Positions 25,044 to 39,600 of a stretch of DNA of 64,000 nt are shown here, one piece after another. Both the position numbers and the translations under genes were made by a program. This stretch comes from the human T2T-CHM13v2.0 reference genome, Homo sapiens: the NCBI RefSeq assembly GCF_009914755.1, contig NC_060948.1. The stretch is one strand, 5' to 3'. The notes beneath the pieces are model-generated. The model had not been told where the DNA came from, searched no databases, and saw only the letters and a program-made list of their open reading frames with translations. Position 1 is the stretch's first letter, and the number at the start of each line of letters is the position of its first letter.

Positions 25044-27549
25044 AAACAATAGAAAAAGAGGGACTCCTCCCTAATTTACTTCATGAGGTCAGCACCACCC
25101 TGATACCAAAACCTGGCAGAGACACAAGAAAAAAGAAAAGTTCAGGCCAATATCCCAGATGAATATCGATGCAAAAATTCTCAATAAAATACTGACAAAA
25201 CGAATCCAGCAGCACATCAAAAAGCTTATCCACCACAATCAAGTCAGCTTCATCCCTGGGATGCAAGGCTGGTTCAATATAGGCAAATGAATAAACATAA
25301 TTCATCAAATCAACAGAAGCAATGACAAAAACCACATAAATATGTCAATAGACTCAACACGTCTTCATGCTAAAAATTCTCAGTAAACTAGGTCTTGATG
25401 GAAAGTATCTCCAAATAGTAAGAGCTATTTATCACAAACCCACAGCCAATATCATACTGAATAGGCAAATACTGGAAGCATTCCATTTTACAACCTGCAA
25501 AAGAAAAGGAAGCCCCCTCTCACCACTCTTATTCAACATAGTATTGGAAGTTCTGGTGAGGGCAATCAGAGGAAAGAAATAAAGCGCATTCTAACAGTAA
25601 GAGAGGAAGTCAAATTATCTCTGTTTGCAGATAACATGATTGCATATTTAGAAAACCCCATCGTCTAAGCCCACAATCTCCTTAAGCTGAGAAGCAACGT
25701 CAACAAACTCTCAGAGTACAAAATCAATGTGCAAAAATCACAAACATTCCTATACCCAAATAATAGAGGGCCAAATGGTGAGTGAACCCCCATTCACAAT
25801 TGCCACCAAGAGAAGAAAATCCCTACAAATACAACTTACAAGGGATGTGAAGGACCTCTTCAAGAAGGACTACAAACCACCACTCCAAGAAATAAGAGAG
25901 AACACACACACATGGAAAAACATTCCATGCTCATGGATAGGAAGAATCAATATTGTCAAAATGTCCATACTGCCATAGTAATTTATAGATTCAAAGCTAT
26001 CCCCATCAAGCTACTGTTGGCTTTCTTCACAGAATTAGAAAAACTACTTTAAATTTCCCATGGAACCAAAAAAGAGCCCACATAGCCATGACAATCCTAA
26101 GCAAAAAGAACAAAGCTGGAGGCATCATGGTAACTCAATTTAAACTATACTACAAGGCTGCAGTAACCAAAACAGCATGGTACTCGTACCAAACATATAC
26201 ATATATACCAATGCAACAGATCAGAGACCTCGGAAATAACACCACAAATATCTAATATCTACAAATATCTGATCTTCGACAAACCTGATGAAACAAATCA
26301 ATGTGGAGAGGATTCCCTATTTAATAAATGTGGGAAAACTGGCTAGTCATATGCAGAAAATTGTAACAACCCCTTCCTTACACCTTATACAAAAATTAAC
26401 TCAAGATGGATTAGACTTAAACATAAGACCTAAAACCATAAAAACCCCCGAAGAAAATCAAGGCAATACCATTCAGGACACAGGCATGGGCAAAAACTTT
26501 ATTACTAGATCACCAAAAGCAATGGCAACAAAAGACAAATTTGACAAATGAGATCTAATTAAATAAAAGATCTTCTGCACAGCAAAAGCAACTATCATCA
26601 GATTGAACAGGCAACCTGCAGAATGGGAGAACATTTTTGCAATATATCCATCTGACAAAGAACTAATACCCAGGATCTACAAAAAACTTAAACAAATTTG
26701 TGAGAAAAAAAAAAAACTCATCAAAAAGTGAGAGAAGGATATGAACAGACGCTAGTCAAAAGAAGACACTTATGCAGCCAACAATCATGGGAAGAAAAGC
26801 TAATCATCACTGATCATTAGAGTAATGCAAATCAAAACCACAATGAGATACCATCTCATGCCAGTTAGAATGGTGATCACTAAAAAGTCAGGAAACAACA
26901 GATGCTGGAAAGGATGTGGAGAAATAGGAATGCTTTTTCACTGTTGATAGGAGTGTAAATTAGTTCAACCATTGTGGAAGACAGTGTGTCAATTCCTCAA
27001 TGATGTAGAAGTAGAAATACCATTTGACCCAGCAATCCCATTACTGGGTAGATACCCAAAGGATTATAAATCATTCTATTATAAAGACACATGCACATGT
27101 ATTTTATTATGGCACTGTTCACAATAGCAAAGACTTGCAACCAACAAAAATGCCCATCAATTTTAGACTGGATGAAGAAAATATGGCATATATACACCAT
27201 GGAATACTGTGCAGTCATAAAAATGATGAGTTTATGTCCTTTGCAGGGACATGGATGAAGCTGGAAACCAACATTCTCAGCAAAATAACACAAGAACAGA
27301 AAACCAAACACCACATGTTCTCACTCATAAGTGGGAGTTGAACAATGAGAACATACGGATACAGGGAGGGGAACATTACATACTGGGGCCTGTTGGTGGC
27401 AGGGTATAGGGGAGGGATAGCATTAGGAAAAATGCCTAATGTAGATGATGGGATGATGGGTGCAGCAAGCCATCATGACAGGTGTATACCTATGTAACAA
27501 ACCTGCATGTTTTGCACATGTGCCCCAGAACTTAAAGTATAATAATAAT
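25041..27549 (+). mobile_element. Older L1PA, 3' ~2.5 kb (RT to 3'UTR), degraded
   Basis: ORF2 fragments ([45 protein letters not shown]), 3'UTR ending AACTTAAAGTATAATAA. Confidence 0.93.
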
Positions 27550-29707
27550 TTTTTAAAAAGAACCTTTTTGAGAAAATTAAACTTTGAGAATTGTTGCCTT
27601 ATTTGTGGTTTTGGCTTCTGAATAATATCTAAATGTAATCTCATTACACTTTTTTCAAGTGTTTGGTATTGGAGATAATGCTTGTCTTTAGGATTGAGAG
27701 TGGAGACTCCCAATTTATGATCAAATAATTTAGCATTATGCATTTGGGACATATCATATCCATTTTAGGATGAGAAGACGCTGTTGCTGAGGACTTACTG
27801 TTTAAAGTCACAAGAAGGAGCAGACACAAAATGCAGAAGTGAGTTTTCTGGATGCATATGTATATGTGGACCCATAAAGTGTTATGTCTTTTGTTCAACA
27901 AAATTTTATTTGGCTTACATATCCTGTTTAGTGTTGTGGATACAATAAGGTTGAGGAGTCACTCCTTTACTCAAAGACTTACAGTAAAATGGGAAAAGTG
28001 GAGGTCATCCCCCATTTCATTTCTCTATAACAGTAAAGAAAATTTCAAAAATAAATTTCTAAAAATATGGAATTTATATTCTTATGCAAATTGTGTAATA
28101 TATAGATTTAAATGTAATTACAAGATGTTTTACCAAAACTACATTATTGAGATAAATTAAAAATTATTTAATAATAGGAGAAATATAACATGTTCACAGA
28201 TTAAAAGCAATATTTTTAAGATTTAAAATTTTCCTAAATTTACCTATAGATTCAATACACTCTCAACCAACATCTCCCCATTTGCCTGTATTATTAGTAA
28301 AGTTCATCTCATACATGAGATACCATCTTGGATAAGAAAAGAAAGAAGTGAAATGAGAAAACTCAGCATTTGAGTGTTGTGCTTAAGTGACTATTTTTGT
28401 TATTGCATTGAACTAAGACAACTTGATTTCTTTTTTATTTTTAATTTTTTGTTAATACACAGTCATTGTTATGTATTTACTTGATTTATTGAATACAATT
28501 TTTCCCTATCTTGAGGTTCGAGATGCTCAGGAGGAACATCAGGTAACTTGAAGACATAATAAAGAAGTTAACGATTTATTTATACCTCTGAGTATAATGC
28601 AGATACATGTAAGACTTCATATAAAGTTCTTAAAACATAGATCTAATTTGCTTATAAAAAGTTGCACCATTTTTAATCTTTTTAATATCAGTGCTCAATT
28701 CATCATCATTCTTCATTTTGGGTATTTCTATTATAAAATTTTATTGACTTTAATTTGGGCATGGAAACACTAGAACAATATCATAAATTATATGTCATCA
28801 TGCATTCCACTATCTCATGAGAAATCGTTAGAAATGAAGTGCAGTGCATAAACAAATTTATTTAATATGTTATTTTCATTTATTTAAGTGTTTAGATCCA
28901 GATTAAAATTGATGAATATAAGCAAGAATCCAAGACAAGAATGCAAAGTTTTGACCAATGGATGAACATTGCTAACATTTTAATCTTTATTATTTTGAGA
29001 TAAAAATCACGTGTTTTAGATTTGTAACCTCCGTAATTTGTAAACAGTCATGTGTGTGTTGATGTCTGTCTATCATTTATCTATATATGTAACTTAACAA
29101 TAAAACTATAGATAAAAGAACTGAACTTTATATTATCTTTGCAGTAAGTAATATTTTCCTGGTCATTATAGGCTTTATTAGTCCATTTCATACACTATGA
29201 TTTCACAGTAATATGCAAAAAATATTTCTTAATAAACTACATTATTAATCAGCTATATACCTGAACACAAAGTTTGAGATAAGGACCAAATATAGCCATT
29301 TTTAATAAAATAGTCCAAGGCATCACAATATTCTATGTTCTAATGAGAACCATAGCTACTGTGGATTTAAAATTATTTTTAATTGCAAATATAAAGTATT
29401 TTTGAAGCTAATTAACTTCTGTTGTTTCCTAGAGACAAGATATCTTATCCCTTTTGCTTAGCAGGTGTGTCTATATCTTAGAGAAGAATTTAGCTGAGGT
29501 TGTGTTTGATTAGATTGATTAAATATGCATTTTACTCCATAAAGACAATTTTTATGTGTATTAGTTGGATACCTATTTCTAAAAACATAGAACTTTTCTT
29601 TATTTCATGCTGTTTGCTCCTGTATGCCAGGGATTTCAATAGGGAAACTAGCTGTCTTCTTGAAAATGTGAATATATTCCTAAACATGTTCACTACCTCA
29701 TCTATGA

Positions 29708-30223
<516 letters not shown>

Positions 30224-32818
30224 TAATCTCTTTCTCCATTCAACCTTCATACTACTACTATACCTCTGTATCTCATAGCACCATTCACTTTCTATTTTCT
30301 AGCATAGTTAATCAACTTTACAAACATTCCTTGAGGGAGGGATATTTAGTTTATTTATTTTTTTCTCCCACAAAACTAATACAATAGTTTATGTGCAATT
30401 GGTGCTCAATAAACACTTAAAATGAGTTATTTATTCAGGAGACAGAACACTAATAAATAAGAAATACTAAATAAATTGTTCAACGAATAAATGAAGTTTA
30501 CTTTCCCTTTAAGCTTTTTAACCAAAGGTCATGGATATATTCTGAGTTCTTAGTTCGAAATACAAGAATCTAGTCTGATTAGATTAGACAAAATAATAAT
30601 AATAAAGTACATAATCTCACAGAATCTCTGAAAAGGCTAGAGAGCCCTAGTTCCCTTAACAGGAGCAAAGCCTGAGCATACAGCAGATGCTGATATATGG
30701 AAAATACCATCCATCTCTACCAACTGCTCAGCACTCATGAGATGCAAAGCAGGATCACAAGTCTCTGTTAATGTCATCCCTTAGGCTGAACACATTTTAG
30801 CTAAATTCTACAGAATTAATGTGTGTATCTTCCTAGCACCCACTGTGAATACCTCTCCTTCAAAAATCTATTGCTTGTGAAAAACCAGGTATGTTTAGCA
30901 AGTCATGAAACAACTGTAGTCATTCATTAGTGGTCACAGACTCACATTTAAGCATAACTTTAAAGGTGTCATAGACCTGACACTTATTGTTCTGAATCAA
31001 CATTGATCTCATGAAGATGAACTGGAGGTTGAAAGCCTGCAATTACCCACCAGCTAGGTACACCATTATTAGGAATGGGAATATACTAATTTGTCCCATA
31101 AGATATCAGTCTTTCTCTGGGAATTAAAATTAGACTTTTGTCTACACTACACTGGGTTCTGTCTTCCACCGTAAGACAGAGAATTCCAAGGTTTCCATAA
31201 TGTGAAACCCCCACCCCTTTTTATGATATGACCCTTGAGTAATTACATCAGCAAATATGTAAATGTGTTATGCTGTTCCAACAATTACTCCTGATTTGGT
31301 TACAATTATCTATATATCATCTCTACTGTCTTGGTCCTCTTCATCTTACCCACGAATGGCAGCCCTAGCCTCCTACTTGGAGCTTTCACCATCTTTCCCC
31401 CTTCCACACTGCAAACTGCCACAGTCAGTCTTCTTAAGCAGTGGTCTGCAAGATGGCTCATCTCGAATAAAAAAGCTTACACAAGCTCTCTACTGCCTAT
31501 TACACAAAATCTTAACTTTGCTAACTTTGAAGATTCTCTATAATCTAGCCCCATTTTATATCTCCACATCTGCCTCCCAAAATCCACTAACCCATGCTCT
31601 TCAGTGACGTCCTGCGGGTCATCTTCTCACAACTCCCAGACTCGTCAGCCTCACTGCCTGTGTTGCTTATAAGGACAGGCTGCCAGGTACACCTGCAAGG
31701 CTCCTATACTCTGCCTATCCACTTCTTATTGATGTGTGAAAAACATACCCAGCTCCTCAAAACCTACCCACCTTCACAGAACTTCCCCAAGTGCCACATC
31801 CCATCTGGAGCACTTTCTTTTCTTCACCCCAAGATATTAATATTCTGCACTGCAACTGAACAATTCACTGTATATTGACAGTATGCTGCATTGTGTGTGT
31901 CTAAGTGTGAGAGAGCTTGCTATCCTCTTGTATTATTTGCTAATTCAGTATGAACTGGGGAGCCACAGTCACTTCTTCACACTGACTTCAATGCTTAACT
32001 AAAACTACACTTCTTTCATGTTAACCCAGTAGTCATTCGGAATAATAAATACTCGACTTTCAGAAAACATTACCATTAAGTCCTCCATTAAGTCCTACGA
32101 TTACAGGAAAAAAAAGGAAGACAAGTGTGAACTTTCCTAAAAAGGGAGATGCACTACACAATAATAACCCCTATGATCACCCACATGGGTTCCTGTGCTT
32201 TAAGGGATAAAGCACTACAGATACTTCATCCTGCTGCCTCTTACACATCCCTCAGGACCACCACTAGTAACAGAGGAATAACCAAGGGATAGCTCTTAAG
32301 AAGTATAGCTACAGCCCGACCCAAGCCTCTTGAAGTGCGTATTCTGCATCTAGCACTGGAGAAAAGCCTCGCTATTTCTGAGCAACACCCTACAAAATGT
32401 CACCCGAGAGGACAACACCCAAAATAGTTTAGATTTGTGGGTCATGAGTCCCAATGAGCCTGGGGAAATTCACATTCCACACTTGAACTCAAACTTACCC
32501 CCTTTTCTCCCCATTTCAGTTGCCAACATCCAAACTCGCTGTTGATTGCCAGCTCCTGCTCCTTGCAGCAGCCCAGCATGCTCTCTGCTGGTGCCAAAAT
32601 ACCCTTCCACCAAACCCCGCTAACTTCTGGAACTGTCCTAGAGGGGTAAGGCAAGTCCCGTATTTTGCTTCCTCTGTGCATGTACTTGTTACTCCTTTAA
32701 AAACACATATAATACAGCACATTTTAAAAAGGGGCTCTGGGGAGGGACATAATATTCCTATTTTATACCCTATGGGATATAAAATACTGATAGCTTTTAA
32801 AAACGGGATTCTCCTTAC

Positions 32819-32945
<127 letters not shown>

Positions 32946-34024
32946 CTAAAAAAGAAAACAGTTTTAAGTTAACGTGCCCAATGCCCCATCATGCCCTGGG
33001 GCACGCAGCACACAAGTCGGTATCTGCAAAAACTCTTTAGCAGATGACCTCTGAAACCTCAGATAATTTGTTCTACCACTAAGTTAACCTTTTTGCATTA
33101 ATCAAAGCTGTTACCTTATTTCAGTGTGAACAAACGTATGACCCTTCTGGCTCCACACTTTAATCCAGGTCCTATCATAAAGCAGTATGGTGTGTGCCCC
33201 TCAAAATAACCAAGTTAAGATGTGAGATAGTGCCAAAGCACAGTTAACAGCAACATGCTATGCTTATAATAAAAACAGAAATGCTATGATGTCAGATAAA
33301 CACAACCGTAAAATGAATCACAAGTGGACAAACTGAGCTTTCAGAAGAGTTTCTAATGACAGAAGCTAGAGACATAAGACATGTACTTAATAAGGAAATA
33401 GGGCATTTGGGTGGTGAAAGGCCCTGCCATTTTCTGAAAGTTCAAGTTTAACTGCATAAAGCTGAAGGCAAAGTAAATAGACAAAGGCCCCAAAACAGAG
33501 GGAAAAAGACAACATTCACATGAGTTGTAATTTTCTCCAAACGCCCACAAGGTGAGTATAATGAACAGGCACAGACCATAAAGTTCCAGAAAGACATTAC
33601 TTATTTTTATAGGCAAAACTAGTTTAGTATGTATCACGTCTTTTTTAAAATTAACTTTGAAAACATTTAAAAACCAGGAAGAAAAAGACTATAGAGCAAC
33701 TTCTGAAAGCTAGCACAGTATACCTCAGATAACAGTTTGCGTATGTTCCTTTTCAAATATTTTAGAGAGCACATAACATTTTTTAAACCAATTTCATGTG
33801 GTTTCAAATGAACTAAAAAAATCCATAAAATCCCAATACTTATATAAGAACCTGTCTTACGGTTGTCTAAAAATTACAGGTGAGCAACCTTTTAATATTA
33901 AATCATTACTAGGGTGTCCTGTTACATATAATTCCCTTTGAAAAGCAAGAGTAATTAACAACTTTCTGTAAACAAAGATTTTAATATATTTCATTCACTA
34001 TTTTTGTAAGTCTCTTAAGCTCCC

Positions 34025-34026
<2 letters not shown>

Positions 34027-34070
<44 letters not shown>
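34027..34070. repeat. (CA)n microsatellite
   Basis: Direct reading. Confidence 0.96.
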
Positions 34071-34073
<3 letters not shown>

Positions 34074-35319
34074 CAAATACCAGGAGAATAAGCTAATGTT
34101 CAGAATGTTTTATCGTGATCATTTTCTTTTCTTTTACTAAAGATGACCATCTAGAGTACATCCTAGGATCTACATTAAAATTTGTGTGCAGTCAGTCTCT
34201 GATTCTCATGGCCTCAGTGATGGTATAGCTGACAGAGTGTCAGTAGCCACAACCTTCTCACCACACACCTTCTCCCCGTCATCACCAACACTGCAAACTC
34301 CAAATTAAAGATTCAATTGTGCACTTGAATGTACAGCATATTCAGTATTTTTTGCCAGAAGCATCAAAATAAAAATGGACTTCTGGATAATCTCTTCCAC
34401 TAGGAATATGACTGCCCAAACCACCTAAATCCTTACATTCAAATTAAGGTTTTAAATCAAAAACACCTGGTAAAGCATTTCCAAACACTTTGGCATTATC
34501 TTAAACATGCAAATAGTTCAAGTAATTATTAAAACATTTTATGCATTTTAAAAAGGCATTTTTTTTCAAAACAAGTCATTGTTCTCACATACAAATGAGA
34601 AAATGTTGACAGTATCTGTTTCCCTAAGTTTTTTTAGTACTTCTAATAGGTTTTTCTTGGACTACTGAGTTGGTTCTTAATGCAAGCATCCATATATACA
34701 TACAAATTACAAATTTCCAATTGAAAAGAATTAAGTTTGAACAAGACTTTACCAATATTCTTGCATAGTAGATGGCTGCAAATATCAGATTGTCTCAACC
34801 TTTCTTAAGCTCCTTTAAAATTAGAATAGAGTTTTCTGCATTGAAAACAATTTCACGTATAGTTAACAGTTTTAGTAAATAACATTTTCAGAAATATATT
34901 TTATGGAAATACATATAATTAAACGAAATTTTTTCAATAGTTTCTTAGAGTCCCTTGACCCAAGTAAATTAGAAGAAAATGAATTATTCAACCTCACAAT
35001 AGTAGTTAAACACTAAAACTTAAAATCCCAAGTGCCCTACCCTGACTGGCAGCCACAAGTGAAGACAAATTGCTGGGAAGCTCAGAAAATGTGGCCAATA
35101 AAATGCTGGAATTATTTATTCCCAAGCCCTCATTTTGATTTCCACTTATGTTAATACCACCCTGTCCATTTAGAGGTTGACATCAGTATCATGCAAAAAG
35201 GATGTGGTGGTTCAAAAAACTTTCAATGTCATTACTCTACAATTGTGGCGGGAGGGGAGTATAGATATACAACCTCCTCTGACTCAGTCCACCAAACTCA
35301 GGGCTAAAGAATTCCATCT

Positions 35320-35604
35320 TGCTTGATGCAGTGGCTCATGCCTGTAATCCTGACACTTTGGGAGGTCGAGGTGGGTGGATCACGAGGTCAGGAGTTCAAG
35401 ACCAGCCTGGCCAACATAGTGAAACCCCGTCTCTACTAAGAATACAAAAACATAGCTGGGGGTGGTGGCAGGTGTCCGTAATTCCAGCTACTTGGGAGGC
35501 TGAGGCAGGAGAATCGCTTGAACCCGGAGGCGGAGGTTGGAAAGAGCTGAGATCACGCCACTGAACTCCAGCCTGGGTGACAAGAGGGAAACTCTGTCTC
35601 CAAA
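35320..35604 (+). mobile_element. Alu (AluS)
   Basis: Dimer with very short tail. TSD AAAGAATTCCATC at 35306-35318 and 35605-35617. Confidence 0.94.
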
Positions 35605-36299
35605 AAAGAATTCCATCCCGCCTCTTGCCTCGTTAAAGAATTAAACAAAATTAGAAATCGCAAATTTATATGTGAAAAGGCCACTTGGTCCTTGGATATA
35701 ATAGCTGAAAATACTTGATAATGAACTTCAATGTAAAGTTTTTACTTCATTGTCCGACACTACACAACAAGTCACAAAGGCGTAACTGGGTGATACTGAC
35801 CTTTTTGTATGGTACAAGCCAAGAAAGTAAAGAGAAGAAGGAGTTATAGAAAGAAATACTCAGTTTTGCAGGCCTACCTTGAAGGACTGTCAAAAACAAA
35901 AACAGAAACAAATCATCATAGCGTAAGGCATTTTTCATAACAGTTGGCCTTTTCTGGGAGGTTCACACATATACTAGGCCCTCATTTATCTTTGCTGAAA
36001 GTCAGTCCTATGGAAAACCCAAAACAATATAATGATGCCTAAAAAATATTATGACTTAGGCTACATTCATTCAAATTCGTGAAGAAAAGAAGAAACTGAA
36101 TTTTCCTCAAGTATTTTAAAAGAAATAAAGTTTTATTAGTTCTATACATTACGCACTGCAGGCTAACCAAAGGTAATTGAGTAGACTTCTTTGGCTTGTT
36201 TAAGAGAATGTTAATTTGTTGTTGATGCACTGTATCAAACAACTATTACTAAAGTTTTTTAAAAATACTTATCCAGTGAATTTATTCCACTTAAATGTT

Positions 36300-36670
36300 A
36301 CTTCATTCAGTATTCACTAAATACTTACTGTGGACAATACAGCCAGCCAATGTGATAAGCACACAATATATACATCAGTGAATAAAAAGCATAAACCTAA
36401 GGTACCAACTAAACAACAACATCACAATCAGTGTCACTCTATGGGGCACTGGACACTTTGTAAGTTTGACCTTTTAATCTAAAAACAATCTACTTGGCAA
36501 GGTAGGTACTTTATATCCCAACTTCACAGGTAACTAAAGAAAGTTAAGAGGGTTAAGTGTATTTCCCAAGGTCAGGAAAGATGGCAACTGATGGACGGAG
36601 TACGTGAACTCAGACAACCTGATGTCGAAGTCCGAGCTCTGAACCTGGGCAATCTACCATCCCTCATCTC
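36300..36670. mobile_element. L2 and MIR fragments
   Basis: CATTCAGTATTCACTAAATACTTACTG (L2 3' end-like), then AGAGGGTTAAGTGTATTTCCCAAGGTCA (MIR core-like). Confidence 0.5.
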
Positions 36671-39600
36671 AATCCCAGAATAACAGATCCTAAATTCTGA
36701 ATTAGCCATGTTCAAATTATGTGGACCTTCCTGCCCACCCCCCGCAACCAAAAAAGGGCTCCAATGCAAGATTTACCTCCTTTTAAACGAATGCCCATTC
36801 CATGAATGTCCATACAGTACGCCTTCTGTGTTAAGTGGTAACAGCCACGCTGGGATTAAAGAAATGCGGTAGATAATGTGTAAGTCTGATAATTAAGTCA
36901 CTGTGTGTACACTTGAATGTGTGCACAAAAGGTATGGGTAATTAAGTCGCTATCTGATATCTCCCAGCATCATCTATGGTTCTAATAAGAAAAGAAGACA
37001 TAATTACTCATCCTCAGTAAGTTTTTATTAAAAAGGAGGAGAAATAGCTTCTTGTTACTTTTAATCCATTTTTAGGAAAATAAATTTGGTGGAGGGTGGG
37101 CAATCTCAATGGCAAGTGGAACCTAAGATGAAGTTAATTTCTCTTCAGCCCTTCTGCTGCTGTACTGTCGGGGAAGGCATGAATAAAGGGTAGTGAGTAG
37201 CAAACAACTTATGAGTACAGACCAGGAATCAGAGAGAAATTCCAGGTGTTTTTCCTCCAGCTGGTCACATTTGACAATGAAACAATGAGAGGGATATGGT
37301 ATTAAACGATAAATAACTTGGCCCCCACATTCACAGCAATAATGGAATTGTGCATTCTCCAAGGTAACTAGTAGTATGCATCCTTAGCTATTCCACATTC
37401 AGAACTAGCACTTAGAAAGTAGGCTGTTAGGGACACAAATGATACAGCGACATTATCATCTATGTGGAGCCATAACAATATGTCGAGCCCAGCTAACCAT
37501 CACCTGAAACACTTTAACATCCCTATCACCCCCAACTCTAAGGAATCTCTGTTATCTGGCTTAACTTTAAGGACAATTTTCCAAGTTTTAATAAAACAGC
37601 TGAGGAACCAAAATGAATCAATGTTATTAACCCAAAATAGTACTTATAGCTACATATACTACCTAGAAACTCATTTGGTATAAGTAACAGCTGAAACACC
37701 TATGTAACTTTAGGAAACCAAAAGCACGTTTTCCTCTACTGTATGAATGACGGCAATGCAAGAATACACACTGAATTTCCATGGAGAATATTACAGGAGT
37801 GAGTTTGCTTACTTATCTGTGAATAAAGAAAGGTACTAACTGCTACAAGGAACCACTTACTATACAAGGAACTCCTCAGTGTTATACTGAATGAAAATTA
37901 CTGTCTCCATGACCTTGTTAGCATTCTCAGACTCCATGATTATTTCCAGATGGCAAATTATTTGTATTATACTTCTTAATGCCTGGGTTTCTATAAAAAT
38001 ATGATTTTATTGTTTTTCATAAACACACAAAAGAAATCATTTCTTTTAGAACTAAAAGTGAATGCCCTTCTTGTCAATCCTATTCAGAATGTTCTCCAAA
38101 GAAGACTGACATCCAATAATGCCACAAGTTGTCTGTCACTTAGAATCTAAGATCACTGAGAGAATGAACAATATTTTATACTTCTTCAGTCTCCCTTTAG
38201 GTGCTGAGTTCCATAAAGAACACAAAGTAGGTATTCAGTAAATGCCCCTGATTATAGCCCAAAACATTCCTATTTGCACTCTGTGATATAATGCTCCTCA
38301 ATGATATTGACTTATTCAGAACAAAACCCTCAAAGTAACTAAGTCACATGGTGACCTATAAAAGCTATGGGAGGGCAGCAGAAGGGTTGGAGATGTTAAC
38401 CTAGGCTCTTTCCATTGCAATTGATGAAGATCCACTCAAGCTAGCCCAGATGAGAGCTCTCTACTCAGAGCGAACAGGATAATCTAAGAATCCTGTGGGA
38501 AGAACATCAGTGCAGTGGGACCCAGGGGAGTCAAGGAAGAGACGGCTGTGCACACACTTCCCTTGGCAGTCTGCTGCCCTTCCCACAGCTTCCCTGTCCT
38601 CTGCTTTTCCCAGTTTCCTACCCTAGCAAGTGAGCTTGCCTATGTCAGCCCTAACCTTGCTCTTGTCATTCAGGTAATTCTTTTTTTATTTTTAATTTTT
38701 ACAGATATATTAGGGGTAATTCTTGAATTATCCATTCACCTTTCCCCTCTACTAACTGCCTCAGTCTCTCAGTTTCTCAACTCTAAATTCTAAAAATGAA
38801 ATTTGGCTCAATTAATCTTTTCATGCCAGGCCACAAGGATCACAGACTGCCATTCCAAATTATTAGTCCTTCAAAAAGCTAAATAAAGACTTTGCCAGCT
38901 ATTTTACTATATAGTTCAGAAATCTACGGTGCAAAGCGACCTTTTTAATCAACAATACTTCTTTCTCCTGCTTCTAAGTATGCACTGTCCATAATTCTAC
39001 CCAGCCTCTTCTGCTCACCTGAGCTCCTGCTTTTGACTAGTTGTTCCATAAATACTTTGGTCAGCGCATTTAAACAAAATCAGACATCTCCGTTTGTAAA
39101 TAAGCCCAATCAAATGAATACTTCCTAAGAGAATGAAAGCTTCCTAATAGAATACATAATTCCTACCTTTAAAACCTCAGCTCAGTTAGGAACTTAGTTG
39201 CTTGATACTATCATAGCCTCCACGTACCCTGTGGAAGTACGGGCTCAAAATACACCTACTAGTGTAGGATGGTGGTGTCCCTGTGTGTTTTGATGGTTGA
39301 ATATTAATAAAGCAGAAGCCATGGACCCTATCCCCGTAGGCAAGATAACCACACAACCTCACAACCTATCATCCACACTCAGACATTTTTGAGAGTGAAA
39401 GGGGAGGCTGTTTAATAGTCTGGCAGGACAACAGACAGGGATCAGGACATAGAGGCAGCTGTGTTCTATACCACAGACTCGATTCTAAGGGAATGCAGCA
39501 GCAGAGTTGAGAAGACAACCCAGGTCCCCACATAAAACACAAAGACCCTTCTCCTTATCTCATATAGAGCTATTTCATGAAATGTGACCTAAGGCCCTCG

